Of a stretch of 64,000 nt of DNA, positions 37,160 to 47,738 are shown in pieces. Source of the stretch: a virus (taxonomy: Duplodnaviria > Caudoviricetes). The stretch is from IMG/VR virus record IMGVR_UViG_3300035698_018668, positions 2,180 through 66,179 of that record; one strand, written 5' to 3'. The position numbers and the translations under genes are program-made. Each line of letters opens with the position of its first letter. The first letter of the stretch is position 1. Under the pieces are notes generated by a model, which was given only the letters and a program-made list of their open reading frames with translations, made no database searches and had not been told where the DNA came from.

Positions 37160-40043
37160 TCTCCTCTCTACCTGCCATCAGGTAATCCACAACCTTCAAT
37201 CTATCTTCCTTGCTTAATAACGTACCTACTGTTGAATCCTCTAACACACCTTCAAGCCTAGGGGCTTCATCTAGCTCTATCTGTCCATACGGAGCTTTAA
37301 CAGGGTGATACGGCTCTAGGGTTGCCCCCATCGATATCGTCCCGTCCAGCTTCAACCAGTTAACTAAATCAGGATGGTCACACATAACATCTAAAATAAT
37401 CTGACTGAACTCGATAGCTTGGCTGTGATGCACACTGAAAACTAATTCATCGTGAATCGGCATGATAAAGAATGCGTCCCACTTTGAATTCACCGCATTG
37501 ATTATCGCATCCAGTTTCAAAATACTTCGCTTGGTTAAGGTAGCGCAGCCACCTTGAATCTTAGCGTTTACCGCTTGGTTACCTGAGCGGCGTTGTATCT
37601 TCTTCGCTGCCAAGTGGCCAAAATTAGAAATATCTGAATCGCCATACGCATCCCACTTTGAAGTGAAAGCAAAATACCAATCCATCGTACCTTCATAACG
37701 AACTCGAGTATGGCCATCAAAGATACGCACCGCCCCGTTATTGTTAATCTCTTGAATGGTTTCAAGTCTCCAGTTCTCCGCCACTTTAAAGGTGCTTCGA
37801 TAGTTATCCGTACCAGCCCAAACCTCATCCATAGTCCAGTTCAATTTATCTTGAATAGTCATCAACGAGCCCGAGTACCAGTACCCAAAGTTGCTTGGTT
37901 TTCCGGCACTACCACGCCAGAACTTCATTACTTCGTAAGGCTTCAGCTCTTTGTTCTTAACTGGATCAATAAATATTTTGTGGTAATTCGCTTTAGCGTG
38001 GGTAATAACATCCTCATTCCCATTGTTAATATCCAGCAGCACTTGCTCAGTGAAGTTTGGATAGTTAACTTTAAGCGCTGAAACTGCCGCGCCTCTATGC
38101 AAGTCTTGATACGGCTTTTGTCCATAAGCTTCAAAGAATTTAGGGTCATGAGAGGCTTCGCCAATTAGCACCAATTCAACCTGAGACCAATCCACCGCAA
38201 TTAACAAATGCTCTTCGTTGTGAGGTAAAAAGAAACCCCGAACATACGTTGATTCGCCGCTCTTCCCCAACTGCATTGTGTTGGGGTTCTGCGCTGCCAT
38301 TCTTCGAGTGTTTAGCTTTGAACTCACAATCGGATACATGCGTTTAGTTTCTGGGTCGGTCAATAATCGATATGAGTTGACGAATAACTTAATACGCTGG
38401 TCAATCCCCGCGATATTATTTAAGCAATCAAGTACTCGACAAACTAATTCATTGTTGTAGCTTGCTGAAACGTGTTCAGCTAAGCTCTGTCTAACAAGAG
38501 TCTCCATACCTTGATACTCGTTGTATCTCTTCCAGTACTTCAACCAAAGTTCAGGCTCCTCGGATAGTCTAAGAGCCGTCTCTTTCATTTTTCCCCGCGC
38601 CTCGACATCCGTTTTTATTTCGCCTTTGATGTGTACAAAGGGGAGGAGGCATAGATCATGCAGTAGCACTCGAATCCCCATGTAGTAAGACGGGTTAAAA
38701 ACCAAATCAAGGTCGGCTTTCTTGCGAATAACTTCCTCATCAACGAGCCAGTTATTAATTACTGAACCTGAGGTTAGGCTGGCCAAGCGAAGAGCAATGT
38801 CGTCTCTGGCCAACGCTGCGTCATCAAAATATTCAGTCCCGTATTCTTCTAGGAGCTCGTTGTAGCCTTCAAGCATGTTGGTAATCTTTTTACGGTGAGT
38901 AATATAGGCATCGCCTTCCTTACCCAAATACCACTTTGCTTGTTTCGGATCCTGAATCATTTTAACAGACGGCCCAGAACCAAATCTAAAGCTCTTTAAG
39001 GCATCACATAGGTCACGAATGGCACAAGTGTAATTAAATCGCTCAGCTTCGTTTCTAACCTCAATCGCGGGCAAGTTTACACGCCAACCTCGTTTCCAAC
39101 TGTCAGCAAAAATATAAGCCATCGGATTTTCTTGAGTGAAGAAGGTATTAATAACCTGGGGGTTATTTTTCTGCATGAAGTCCAGCAGCCAATCAAACAA
39201 ACGAACACACCAATAAGCATCATCCGCACCATAGTGAAGAATTTCTTCCCCGGTAACCAAACCCATATGAGCTCGACCTAGGAGTGAGTCCTTGAACTCG
39301 GTTTGCTTGTAGTTAAATATTCCGCTGGTGATTTTCTTAAGCGCATACCCATAAGACAGGTTATAAACATAACCGTTGTAACTGTGCTCAGCTCTTGAAG
39401 TAATGCTCACAACTTGGTTAAGAACTTCAAATTGTTGGCTCGTCAGTTTCTGGCCGCTGACATAACCACTGAATTGTTTCTTAATCCTAGGGAGTAGCGT
39501 AACCATGCCACCAAGGTCTGAAGCTTTGAACTTCTCAATGTCGTAGGTATCGGCATTGTAAGCAGAAACACACATCTGCAGGGTGTCGATATAGTTCTTT
39601 CCAAGGTCAACCCCAAAGTACTTATCGCACATCGTGTTTTCAAAAGGGTAGTTGTGTATCACCAAAGTGCCCGCATCTCTAAGACGCTTAACTGACTCAG
39701 TGACTTTAGCCAAACCGATTTGGTTTTCAACGTCAGCATGCTTGTGATTTACGTAATAAACCACGCCTTCGCCTTTCACGTAGAACGAGAACCCTGTCAC
39801 GGTAGTTCGGTTAACGTCAAAGACTAATTTTTTAGCACTTTTGTACTTCTCTGATTTAGGATCAATATTCATGAACTTGTTCAAGCCCTCATGACGGTCA
39901 GCGTCATGCGTCTCGATATCGAACCCAATCAGAGGGTTTTTTGTCGATTCAATTCTGGCTAAAGCAATCTCTAGCACTTCTATATTGCGAGCATCGATTA
40001 ACTGTTCAACGATACCCGTGAACTCGTTTAGTTGGCTTATCAT
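37146..40043 (-). CDS. family A DNA polymerase with 3'-5' exonuclease domain
   Basis: FDIET, HN..FE and YGADD (exonuclease); DWSQVE (motif A), K..NFG..Y (motif B), HDE (motif C). Confidence 0.92.
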   Translation of the reverse strand: MISQLNEFTGIVEQLIDARNIEVLEIALARIESTKNPLIGFDIETHDADRHEGLNKFMNIDPKSEKYKSAKKLVFDVNRTTVTGFSFYVKGEGVVYYVNHKHADVENQIGLAKVTESVKRLRDAGTLVIHNYPFENTMCDKYFGVDLGKNYIDTLQMCVSAYNADTYDIEKFKASDLGGMVTLLPRIKKQFSGYVSGQKLTSQQFEVLNQVVSITSRAEHSYNGYVYNLSYGYALKKITSGIFNYKQTEFKDSLLGRAHMGLVTGEEILHYGADDAYWCVRLFDWLLDFMQKNNPQVINTFFTQENPMAYIFADSWKRGWRVNLPAIEVRNEAERFNYTCAIRDLCDALKSFRFGSGPSVKMIQDPKQAKWYLGKEGDAYITHRKKITNMLEGYNELLEEYGTEYFDDAALARDDIALRLASLTSGSVINNWLVDEEVIRKKADLDLVFNPSYYMGIRVLLHDLCLLPFVHIKGEIKTDVEARGKMKETALRLSEEPELWLKYWKRYNEYQGMETLVRQSLAEHVSASYNNELVCRVLDCLNNIAGIDQRIKLFVNSYRLLTDPETKRMYPIVSSKLNTRRMAAQNPNTMQLGKSGESTYVRGFFLPHNEEHLLIAVDWSQVELVLIGEASHDPKFFEAYGQKPYQDLHRGAAVSALKVNYPNFTEQVLLDINNGNEDVITHAKANYHKIFIDPVKNKELKPYEVMKFWRGSAGKPSNFGYWYSGSLMTIQDKLNWTMDEVWAGTDNYRSTFKVAENWRLETIQEINNNGAVRIFDGHTRVRYEGTMDWYFAFTSKWDAYGDSDISNFGHLAAKKIQRRSGNQAVNAKIQGGCATLTKRSILKLDAIINAVNSKWDAFFIMPIHDELVFSVHHSQAIEFSQIILDVMCDHPDLVNWLKLDGTISMGATLEPYHPVKAPYGQIELDEAPRLEGVLEDSTVGTLLSKEDRLKVVDYLMAGREEIEGV

Positions 40044-40063
40044 CGTCAATCCTTAAAGGAAAT

Positions 40064-40088
40064 AAAGCCCCATGAGCGCGGGGCTTTA
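40064..40088. terminator. hairpin between exonuclease and polymerase genes
   Basis: AAAGCCCC..GGGGCTTT inverted repeat. Confidence 0.45.
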
Positions 40089-40102
40089 TAAGGGTCATGG
40101 GG

Positions 40103-40912
40103 TTACATGACCATTGGGTTTTCTAGCTGTATCGCGTTGAGTATTTCTTGCGCTACTTGGGGGTTGAAATTAGGGACTGTCATGCCTTTGCTTAACTGCT
40201 CACTACTAATAGGGATGAAGTCAATCACTTGCCAGTAAGTCAGTAAGTCTTCTCGCTGAGAAAATAGGTTCTTAGCCTTAGCTGGGGTTAAGCCTAACTT
40301 TTCTTTAGCCTCGGTCTCCGTCAATTCTAGGTTACCTAGGATAAAGTCTTCAAAGTTGCACTTTTGAGCATCGCTGAGCTTTTCAAACGTCCCGTGGCCA
40401 AACCCTTTCAAGCCTAGAATATTATCCGCTTTATCTCCTACAAGGGTTTTATATAAGCGAATATCGTCCTGCTTGAAGCCTTCTAACTTAGGTGCCATAT
40501 ACCCGAGTTCGATAGTGTCATCAATTAATAACTGGCGAAAATCTTGGTCGTTAGATTCAATTCTGATTGTCGTTTCTGGACTCTTTGAACGACAGATTGC
40601 AGCAATTAAATCATCCCCCTCAAACCCTTCGAGCTCAACCTGTATCGATTTTGAAAGCCCTATCAAGGTTTTAAACGTATTCATAAAAACATGAAAAGAG
40701 TCCACGCTTTCAGGCTCATCTTGTTTTACCTTGTAAGTCGGCATAATTTTTTGCCTTGCAGATTTAGCATGTTTGCCATCCCAAACCCATATCAAGGTTT
40801 CGTTGGCGGGTACCGAGCATGCTTGAACAAATAACTGGGTTACTACCGTGGGACCCTCAGATTCAAACTGGCGGCGGAGGAAGTTATTACCATCGATTAA
40901 ATTAATTTTCAT
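40103..40912 (-). CDS. 5'-3' exonuclease (flap endonuclease)
   Basis: IDGNN, WDG, EGDD, SNDQD and GDKADNILGLKGFG motifs. Confidence 0.9.
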   Translation of the reverse strand: MKINLIDGNNFLRRQFESEGPTVVTQLFVQACSVPANETLIWVWDGKHAKSARQKIMPTYKVKQDEPESVDSFHVFMNTFKTLIGLSKSIQVELEGFEGDDLIAAICRSKSPETTIRIESNDQDFRQLLIDDTIELGYMAPKLEGFKQDDIRLYKTLVGDKADNILGLKGFGHGTFEKLSDAQKCNFEDFILGNLELTETEAKEKLGLTPAKAKNLFSQREDLLTYWQVIDFIPISSEQLSKGMTVPNFNPQVAQEILNAIQLENPMVM

Positions 40913-40932
40913 ATCGTCAATTCCAAATTGTT

Positions 40933-40953
40933 AAAAGGGGGGCCGAAGCCCCC
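40933..40953 (-). terminator. intrinsic terminator
   Basis: On the - strand: GGGGGC-TTCG-GCCCCC followed by CTTTT. Confidence 0.75.
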
Positions 40954-40974
40954 AATCAAAAGTTAATTACTGTA

Positions 40975-41913
40975 TTAAGCTTCGAGTTTCCACTTAAGGA
41001 CGCCCCAATCATTTCCGTTGTGAGAAATTTCCTCATTTAGGAGTTTTGCTTTTACAGTTTGACCCACCAAACCCGCTTTCGCTACAGACTGATAGAAATC
41101 ATACCATTCAGACCACCCTGTCTTCGGCGTTGTATACCCAATTTCTGTGCCCTTAGGAGCGATAACTTCACCGCCCGATACGGCATCTTCTAATAGGACC
41201 ATCGGTACCAAAGCAGCATCATAAGGAACATTTGGGCGCTGTGGGTTATTGCTTGAATGATATGCGGCAGCAACCGCCATGTGCCAAGGCTTGCCGTCAC
41301 TACCTTTTATACCATCAGCAGTGTGCACGTAAGTTGTTGACGTCCCAGCCCCGATACGAACCATCTTAACTAGCTGGAACCCTGAGTTCTGGTTCATGTC
41401 GATAGCCACCATCATAGACTCAATCATCTTCTTTTTAGCACTGCCTAGGCTCATGCCGTATTCGGATGTTTTTACCCAATCGCCCACACCCATTTGAGGC
41501 TTCTCCGCTGTTTCCATGGTCATTGGACCCATAGGTTGAGCTAGAGCAGCAATCTCAGGAGGGAGGTGAGCTAGAGAGTTATTCGGAGCTGATTGGGATT
41601 GCCCAATGTTAGCGACCGTCGGGTTAATCAACTGGCCTTGTGCTGCCTGTTGGTTCTGGCCTTGGGCTTGTTGATTAACTGGTGTTGCAGAAGCTTGTTG
41701 CTGTTGAGCGGCGGCGGCAACCGCAGCTTGAGCCGCAGCTAAATCACGTTGTGCTTTTTCTGCAGCAGCCAGCGCAGCAGCAACTGGGTCTGGAGTGGTT
41801 TGTGTCTCTTGAGGTTCAACCGCAGCACCTGTGTTAATGGGGTCTGCACTTTGTTGAGTTGTAGTTGCTTCAGCGGTAGCTTGCTTTATTAGGTCTTCAA
41901 TATTTTGATTCAT
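40975..41913 (-). CDS. replication-module protein with A/Q-rich N-terminus (possible ssDNA-binding protein)
   Basis: Low-complexity N-half and beta-rich C-half. The SSB call is positional only. Confidence 0.45.
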   Translation of the reverse strand: MNQNIEDLIKQATAEATTTQQSADPINTGAAVEPQETQTTPDPVAAALAAAEKAQRDLAAAQAAVAAAAQQQQASATPVNQQAQGQNQQAAQGQLINPTVANIGQSQSAPNNSLAHLPPEIAALAQPMGPMTMETAEKPQMGVGDWVKTSEYGMSLGSAKKKMIESMMVAIDMNQNSGFQLVKMVRIGAGTSTTYVHTADGIKGSDGKPWHMAVAAAYHSSNNPQRPNVPYDAALVPMVLLEDAVSGGEVIAPKGTEIGYTTPKTGWSEWYDFYQSVAKAGLVGQTVKAKLLNEEISHNGNDWGVLKWKLEA

Positions 41914-42063
41914 CGTCATTTCCAAATTGTAGTTTTAAATTAATCGATTCAATTTTTTTAGATTAGTAATATTCTCGATTGTAGTTTATGTGTTTAAGGT
42001 CACCACCCGTTGCTAATAATACCCTAGTAGGTATCAATTGCAACCTCATACCCTAAAAAATAG

Positions 42064-42360
42064 TTATTTATTTTTTAGGGTTATTTCTGCACGTGCTATC
42101 TTAGCGTATTCTTCAATTAAGGTCACAAATTGTTCAAGCCCGGCGTCTAAATTTTTTCTAGCTTTAGCGTCCAGGCCTTCAAACTCTTTAGCCATTTTCC
42201 AGAACGTAAACTGCACTTGCGCTGACTCCGGATTGTCTTCATTAACTGAAGAGCCCGCAGCTATAACCCCGGCCACGGCAGCAATCATAGGGCGTATTAA
42301 TTCTTTTGGGATTTTGCTCGCTTCAATCCCGACTATGCTAGGTACGTCAATCTTACTCAT
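42064..42360 (-). CDS. hypothetical protein
   Basis: ATGA overlap with the helicase gene. Confidence 0.6.
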   Translation of the reverse strand: MSKIDVPSIVGIEASKIPKELIRPMIAAVAGVIAAGSSVNEDNPESAQVQFTFWKMAKEFEGLDAKARKNLDAGLEQFVTLIEEYAKIARAEITLKNK

Positions 42361-43847
42361 TTTCCACTCGCCTCTATTATTTTATTAATTAGGTCAACAT
42401 CCACCCCATCTTCCACTTTCAATCTGTCAGCGGCCTTCGCTTTTAATTTCTTGGAAATATAAATATCCATCCCTTTTCTATACACCAATACAGTAATTCT
42501 TAACGCCGTATCCCGCACTCCACGCATCGCTCTTCGATAGTTTTGAATGAAGGTAGAGTCTTGCCAATCTAAGGAACAAAACACCACGTGGTCAACATGA
42601 GGCCAGTTAAAGCCCACCCCAGCCACCCGAGGCGAACAAACAAGCACCTGAAGCTTTCCTTCTCTAAATAGTTTATCAATGTCGCCTCGCCTAGTCGTAA
42701 CTGACCCATTAATAATATCCGCAGTCATCCCAACTTTGACAGCCACATCCCTAAGCTTTTTGTGGTTTGACACAGCGGTCTCGAATAACACAAGCGGCTT
42801 TCCTGAGCTTTTGTGGTCTTCAAGTATCGTTTTTAAATGGGTCTCTTTTGAATCTGTTTCGTGCGGCTTTATATTGTATTTCTCGGGGCACTGCATAATA
42901 TCAATACACTTGGCCAGTGCCACGCCCTTATTTGCGGCCTCCAAGAACCCCTCATCCAGTTCAGTGATACCTCGCTCTTCGATTTCTTTATACATCCGAT
43001 ATTGCTTAGTCGACATGGTGCACATCTGAATATATATCAGCTTCTTCTCAGCGCCATAGGCTTCTTCAAACGTGGTTCTTGCTGAGTGCTTACCCAGTAT
43101 TGCTTTTAAGCGATCGTGATTTTTCCAAGCAAACGGAGTACCCCATTCATCACACATAGCATGCCATACCATGAAGTTCTGATACGTAGGGTAATAGTTC
43201 GGGTTGATAACATTTATCAGCGGAAATGCTGAGTTTAGTCTTCCGTCAATCAAGGTGCCTGTCATGGCCAAATGTGGGCCGCCCCGTTTTAGGAATCGAT
43301 AATACTCATACGTTCGCATTGACCCATCAAAACGCTTGAAGAATGAATTCCACGCACAATGCGTCGAGAATCCTAAGTGGTGCTCATCTGAGCACAAGGT
43401 CAACGTGTCCGGGAACGCATCTCTTATCATTTCCCAGTTATTCCCAAAGCCTGTGAATCCCATCAAAAATACACGGGTATTCTTATTGGCCAGCTGCTGG
43501 GCTCTTTGCTTTCGTGTGCCATCAATAATAATTACTTGATCCGGACTGAGGTTTGACCACAGCAAGAGCTCAAAGTAATTTTTGATTAATAGTGACTTAG
43601 GCATCGTCCAAATAACCCGACCTTCTTTCTGGCGCTGGTAAATCCAAAGGGCTGCGGTAGGAGACTTACCCGTGCCGGCCTCAGATAAATCCCCGAATCT
43701 TTCTTGGCCCAAACTCATCGCCAGGTTTTTCATTTGGTATGGGCGTAATTTTAAGCTTTGACGCTGCTCTTCAATGTTTGCGAATGAAAACTCAGCGTCA
43801 TTACACGGTTGGTTCGGGACTTTTTTCGGTTTCTGTATAATCTGCAT
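42357..43847 (-). CDS. SF2 (SNF2-like) helicase
   Basis: LRPYQ, AGTGKS, DEHH, MTGT, GVGFN and QNYRRAMR motifs. Confidence 0.88.
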   Translation of the reverse strand: MQIIQKPKKVPNQPCNDAEFSFANIEEQRQSLKLRPYQMKNLAMSLGQERFGDLSEAGTGKSPTAALWIYQRQKEGRVIWTMPKSLLIKNYFELLLWSNLSPDQVIIIDGTRKQRAQQLANKNTRVFLMGFTGFGNNWEMIRDAFPDTLTLCSDEHHLGFSTHCAWNSFFKRFDGSMRTYEYYRFLKRGGPHLAMTGTLIDGRLNSAFPLINVINPNYYPTYQNFMVWHAMCDEWGTPFAWKNHDRLKAILGKHSARTTFEEAYGAEKKLIYIQMCTMSTKQYRMYKEIEERGITELDEGFLEAANKGVALAKCIDIMQCPEKYNIKPHETDSKETHLKTILEDHKSSGKPLVLFETAVSNHKKLRDVAVKVGMTADIINGSVTTRRGDIDKLFREGKLQVLVCSPRVAGVGFNWPHVDHVVFCSLDWQDSTFIQNYRRAMRGVRDTALRITVLVYRKGMDIYISKKLKAKAADRLKVEDGVDVDLINKIIEASGK

Positions 43848-44166
43848 CGTCGTTAATTCCAATCTTCGAACTTTTTTTAACGTCCATTAAGTTAATTAAG
43901 TTATTGAGTACCTTCTGGTCTTCGCCCTGGGCAATCAGCGTTAAGATATTAATCAAGTCACTTTCCAGAGTTGGGAATACCTCAGTAATAGGTATCTCTA
44001 TGCCCTGCATTACCCTTAACACTTGTCTAAACTCGTAAGGATTAGCTATAGAACGGGATAATGCGGGTTGCTTAACCCCAAGCTTTTTCGCCAGCTCAAC
44101 TTGACTTATTTTATTCTTCTTCATGAACTTTTTAATTACTGCGGCTTTCGCTCTAAAAACGGTCAT
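43801..44166 (-). CDS. Cro/CI-type HTH protein
   Basis: ISQVELAKKLGVKQPALSRS. Confidence 0.8.
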   Translation of the reverse strand: MTVFRAKAAVIKKFMKKNKISQVELAKKLGVKQPALSRSIANPYEFRQVLRVMQGIEIPITEVFPTLESDLINILTLIAQGEDQKVLNNLINLMDVKKSSKIGINDDADYTETEKSPEPTV

Positions 44167-44189
44167 TCCGGAACTCCAATATTTATAAC

Positions 44190-44879
44190 TTAGGCGGCTT
44201 TGAACAAGCCTTCTTTTTTACAATAGTCAGCAATTAATTTTGCTCCTAAATGCTCAAGCGGTAGAGATACTAATTCGGCCAAACTTATTTGATTAAAAAT
44301 AGTTGTTTTAATTCTCTGGACTTCTCTTGGCAAAATTAGGTCTGAAGGGCCCACCAGTATTAAGGTTCTGGGCGTTGTCTTCCCTAGAATAGCGAGCTGC
44401 TTAACCAATTCCAGAGACTCACTATCGACCCCAGTTAGCACCATTGGATGAATGTTTGTGTCATTCATCTGGCTAAAGATAGAGCTTTTATTGAGCGTCC
44501 AAATTGGCTTGCTGCAGGTGTGCAACGGAGATGAAAGCTTTTCCAGTGCCGTTATCCAAAGTTCACAATCGTCCAACGCATCCTCAGACAAGAAATAGGT
44601 TTTTCCGTTCGGTATCGGGAGCATTGCTTGTGTTAGCTGGTCTTCAAAAATGTGGTCAAAAATACTTTGATGTTTGTTGCTTAGATTTCTTCGGCCTAGG
44701 TAGGGGTTTACCAGATGAGGGCAATAGTTTTTCAAATGTTTTACGCTGAGCCCAGACTTAACTTTATCGCCTAAACCTAAAAACTCCATTCCATACGGAA
44801 AGTTATCTTGGAAGAGGAAGTTTACACCTCGGTCGCTTTCGTGGATGCCGTAGTAGGGCAATTTCTTAATATCATTCAT
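44190..44879 (-). CDS. hypothetical protein
   Basis: ORF with a motif-type start. Confidence 0.6.
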   Translation of the reverse strand: MNDIKKLPYYGIHESDRGVNFLFQDNFPYGMEFLGLGDKVKSGLSVKHLKNYCPHLVNPYLGRRNLSNKHQSIFDHIFEDQLTQAMLPIPNGKTYFLSEDALDDCELWITALEKLSSPLHTCSKPIWTLNKSSIFSQMNDTNIHPMVLTGVDSESLELVKQLAILGKTTPRTLILVGPSDLILPREVQRIKTTIFNQISLAELVSLPLEHLGAKLIADYCKKEGLFKAA

Positions 44880-44901
44880 CGTCAATTCCTAATTGTTGGG
44901 G

Positions 44902-45135
44902 TTAAAACTCCCCGGAGACCACAGTAGATACTGAGGTATCAAAAAATTCTGCTAATTTAATCAGCTCCGAAAGTCGCAACTCTTTGGTGCCAACTAATAT
45001 CTTATCAAAAGAACGCTCTTTACACCCCATGATTTTTAATAATTCGTGTTTTCTACTGGAATCTAGGTTCATGCTCCAATGTTGATCCAAACGCATTCCT
45101 ATCAATCTGTGTGTGGATGAAAGAGCATTATTCAT
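44902..45135 (-). CDS. XRE-like HTH protein
   Basis: ELLKIMGC..SFDKILVG..LSELIKLAEFFDTSV. Confidence 0.6.
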   Translation of the reverse strand: MNNALSSTHRLIGMRLDQHWSMNLDSSRKHELLKIMGCKERSFDKILVGTKELRLSELIKLAEFFDTSVSTVVSGEF

Positions 45136-45449
45136 TAGTGTTTAACCATTGCTGCTGTTGAAGCTCGAATAGTGTCGACACTTTTTTCATCCGGATAAAA
45201 CCCAGTGTGCTCGAAATATTTTACGGCCTCCTGGAGTTTCTTCAAATTATCAACCTCAGCGGGCTCCACTAAAGCATCTCCCAGCACTTCAACCGCTCTA
45301 CCATTCATGGCCTCAATGCACTCAATTAGCAAGTATAAATCTTCTGAGCTGTAGGAATGTTTCAGTTGGATAACATACTCGGTGTATATGTTATAAAGGG
45401 CCTTTAGCTTAATGTCCTCTACTAAATCTATGCTTTTTTTCACTCTCAT
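45135..45449 (-). CDS. hypothetical protein
   Basis: GAGG RBS, coupled to the next gene. Confidence 0.55.
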   Translation of the reverse strand: MRVKKSIDLVEDIKLKALYNIYTEYVIQLKHSYSSEDLYLLIECIEAMNGRAVEVLGDALVEPAEVDNLKKLQEAVKYFEHTGFYPDEKSVDTIRASTAAMVKH

Positions 45450-45456
45450 AAATACC

Positions 45457-46077
45457 TCAGGTTAATTCAAATATAGTTTGTGGCTGGTTAGAGTCACGTT
45501 GTTTTTTCTGATTGTTCACCCCCGATAAATAACGCAACGGGAGTCCTACTTTATGGCAGAAGTACTCAGCATATTTATTTTTTAAGGCTAGATACTCCTG
45601 ATAGTTTTCTTGGTTCACGGCCTCCTTAGGGCGGGGACCATAAATCTCCTCGAAGTAAGGATAGCAATGCTCAGGCAAATGCCAATACTGAGAAGGGTAA
45701 TGGTATATCGGATTACAACAATCCGAGAAATCCGATTTGACTGTCTTATGCTTTCCCGCAGGAAACGTTGGAAAACAGGCTAGTAAATAATCGGGGTATA
45801 TTAAGGCCCAAGACGCAGTAGCAGGGGATAGTTGAATTCGATGGTACTTGATACTCAACATAATCAACCCTCGCTTAGCTTCTAGTAAACCCCAATCCTC
45901 ACAAACACGCATATCTTTTCGGGCCTTGAGAATATCTCGCTGCCAATTGATATTTGGAAATTCACGCTCGTAAAATCTAACTAACCGTTCGTGAACAATA
46001 CCGATGAACGGGTAGTGATACTCTTTCGTCCATTTGATTATTGCCATACGGCGGCGAAAAAACTGTGTCTTGGTCAT
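45457..46077 (-). CDS. hypothetical protein
   Basis: ORF with a motif-type start. Confidence 0.6.
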   Translation of the reverse strand: MTKTQFFRRRMAIIKWTKEYHYPFIGIVHERLVRFYEREFPNINWQRDILKARKDMRVCEDWGLLEAKRGLIMLSIKYHRIQLSPATASWALIYPDYLLACFPTFPAGKHKTVKSDFSDCCNPIYHYPSQYWHLPEHCYPYFEEIYGPRPKEAVNQENYQEYLALKNKYAEYFCHKVGLPLRYLSGVNNQKKQRDSNQPQTIFELT

Positions 46078-46131
46078 ATCGTCAATCCCTTAAGAGGTGT
46101 TCACGTGAACACCTCTTAGACTTCGTTTAAA

Positions 46132-47055
46132 TTAAGCAGACTTCTCTAGCGGAAGTTCTTCTTCAAGCTCAGCTTTAATAGGCTCAATCAAAAGCTCACA
46201 GGCTTTTCTAGCGCTCGAAGCTGCCGTTAAAATAGCTTTCTTATCCGTCTTCAGTACGTTTATCCAAGAGTTAAGATACGCGGCATGCTGAAGGGTTCTG
46301 AGCGGTCTATCTAACTGCACCGCCAAGAACGCGCTGCCCATCTCAGCAACCAATTCCTCAAAAGCATAAGCGTGGTCCCCAAAACGTTTTCCAAACTCTC
46401 TACCTAAACGGTCTTTGTGACCGGTCCAGTGCGTCATCTCATGCCCTAAGGTCTCATCAAAGGTATTCGCGTCCTCAAACTTAGACTGCTCAGGCATTTG
46501 AATAAAGTCTCGGCTTGGGCTGAAGAAAGCTTTATCCCCGCCATAACGCAAGTCAATATTGTGTAGGCCGGCAATCTTAGTCATGTCTGTAGTCGTTAAC
46601 ACTTCACGCTCAATCGCGGGGAATTTTGACTCATCCACGCCCTCTACCTGAGCAAGGTTGTAAACATAGAAGTGTTTCAAAATTGGAAATGTTGACTTGT
46701 TGCCATCCTCATCCTCACGCTTAATAATATTGAAAAATATAATAAAGTGTCCCTTAGTATAATTCTCGCGCGGGATAGTACCCCCAAGCTGCTTCACTTG
46801 GTTACCGGTCAAATACTGCTGAGTTGGATAGTTAAAGCCCACGGCTTGAAGCAGCAACACGTTCAAGCCTGTGTAAGGTCGTCCACTGACTGCATTGTGG
46901 GGGATTTGAAGGTCCTGGGCTTTTTCTGCGCCTTTCTTCCAAGGTCTAATCCAAGGGATGCGGCCCGCCTCTAAGGCCTCGACAATAATGTCGGTAGCTA
47001 CTTGATAACGGTCAAAGGTAGTTTTATTTTTTGCACTAGTGATTTTCTTAGTCAT
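46132..47055 (-). CDS. ardC: ArdC-family antirestriction protein (ssDNA-binding plus zincin-like domain)
   Basis: IPWIRPW, N..SGRPYTGLN, HEMTHWTGH..RL.R, YAFEELVAEMGSAF and HAAYLNSW motifs. Confidence 0.9.
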   Translation of the reverse strand: MTKKITSAKNKTTFDRYQVATDIIVEALEAGRIPWIRPWKKGAEKAQDLQIPHNAVSGRPYTGLNVLLLQAVGFNYPTQQYLTGNQVKQLGGTIPRENYTKGHFIIFFNIIKREDEDGNKSTFPILKHFYVYNLAQVEGVDESKFPAIEREVLTTTDMTKIAGLHNIDLRYGGDKAFFSPSRDFIQMPEQSKFEDANTFDETLGHEMTHWTGHKDRLGREFGKRFGDHAYAFEELVAEMGSAFLAVQLDRPLRTLQHAAYLNSWINVLKTDKKAILTAASSARKACELLIEPIKAELEEELPLEKSA

Positions 47056-47121
47056 GTCGTCAATTCCCAATTTTTTGTAGTTAATTAAATTTTGGTGTTG
47101 CTTTGAAGAGGGTAGCCGAAG

Positions 47122-47352
47122 CTACCCTTTATTTTCTTGCTGTCTTCTTGATTGATAACAATTATCTATCTCAGTACATCGCTTCATTTGCTTGTGAATG
47201 AAAAACACACTCAACCCTAAAATAGGTAATACTAATACCGGGGTTATTTGCGTACTTAACAAGATAAACAGAAGTAACAAGATAACGGCTGCAATGCCGT
47301 ATCCATCTGTATACCTGCGGCTGGTTAACTCTGGAGGGAGGTTAGTTTTCAT
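47122..47352 (-). CDS. small two-TM membrane protein
   Basis: Motif-type start at 47352 and two hydrophobic helices. Confidence 0.6.
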   Translation of the reverse strand: MKTNLPPELTSRRYTDGYGIAAVILLLLFILLSTQITPVLVLPILGLSVFFIHKQMKRCTEIDNCYQSRRQQENKG

Positions 47353-47437
47353 ATCGTCAATTCCAAGTTGTCTCGACTTTATTTGCCGAACGAATAAGTT
47401 ACCTTGATATGCGTTCAGAATCAAGCGCATCTCAAAC

Positions 47438-47719
47438 CTACATCGATTCAGTTATCTTAAATACGACTTGCTCTTTTTCCAGCTTGATTTCGCCCTTAAG
47501 GTTGCAAAATAACTTTAGGCCTTCGGCTTCATCGGCTTTGTTTTTGTAAGTCATAGAGCCGTACTCATTGCAGCGCATTTCTATTAAGTCCGCTGGGGCT
47601 TGATAGACGCTTACGTTTTCGTATCGGCCATTTATCTTGGCTTGTTTACAGGCCTCTAGGAGTGAGGTTCCTGAGCCCCAATTGCCGGACTCTGCTATTA
47701 CTAAGTGTTGTGTGTTCAT
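47438..47719 (-). CDS. hypothetical protein
   Basis: Motif-type start. Confidence 0.6.
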   Translation of the reverse strand: MNTQHLVIAESGNWGSGTSLLEACKQAKINGRYENVSVYQAPADLIEMRCNEYGSMTYKNKADEAEGLKLFCNLKGEIKLEKEQVVFKITESM

Positions 47720-47738
47720 AATCGTCAATTCCTAATTG

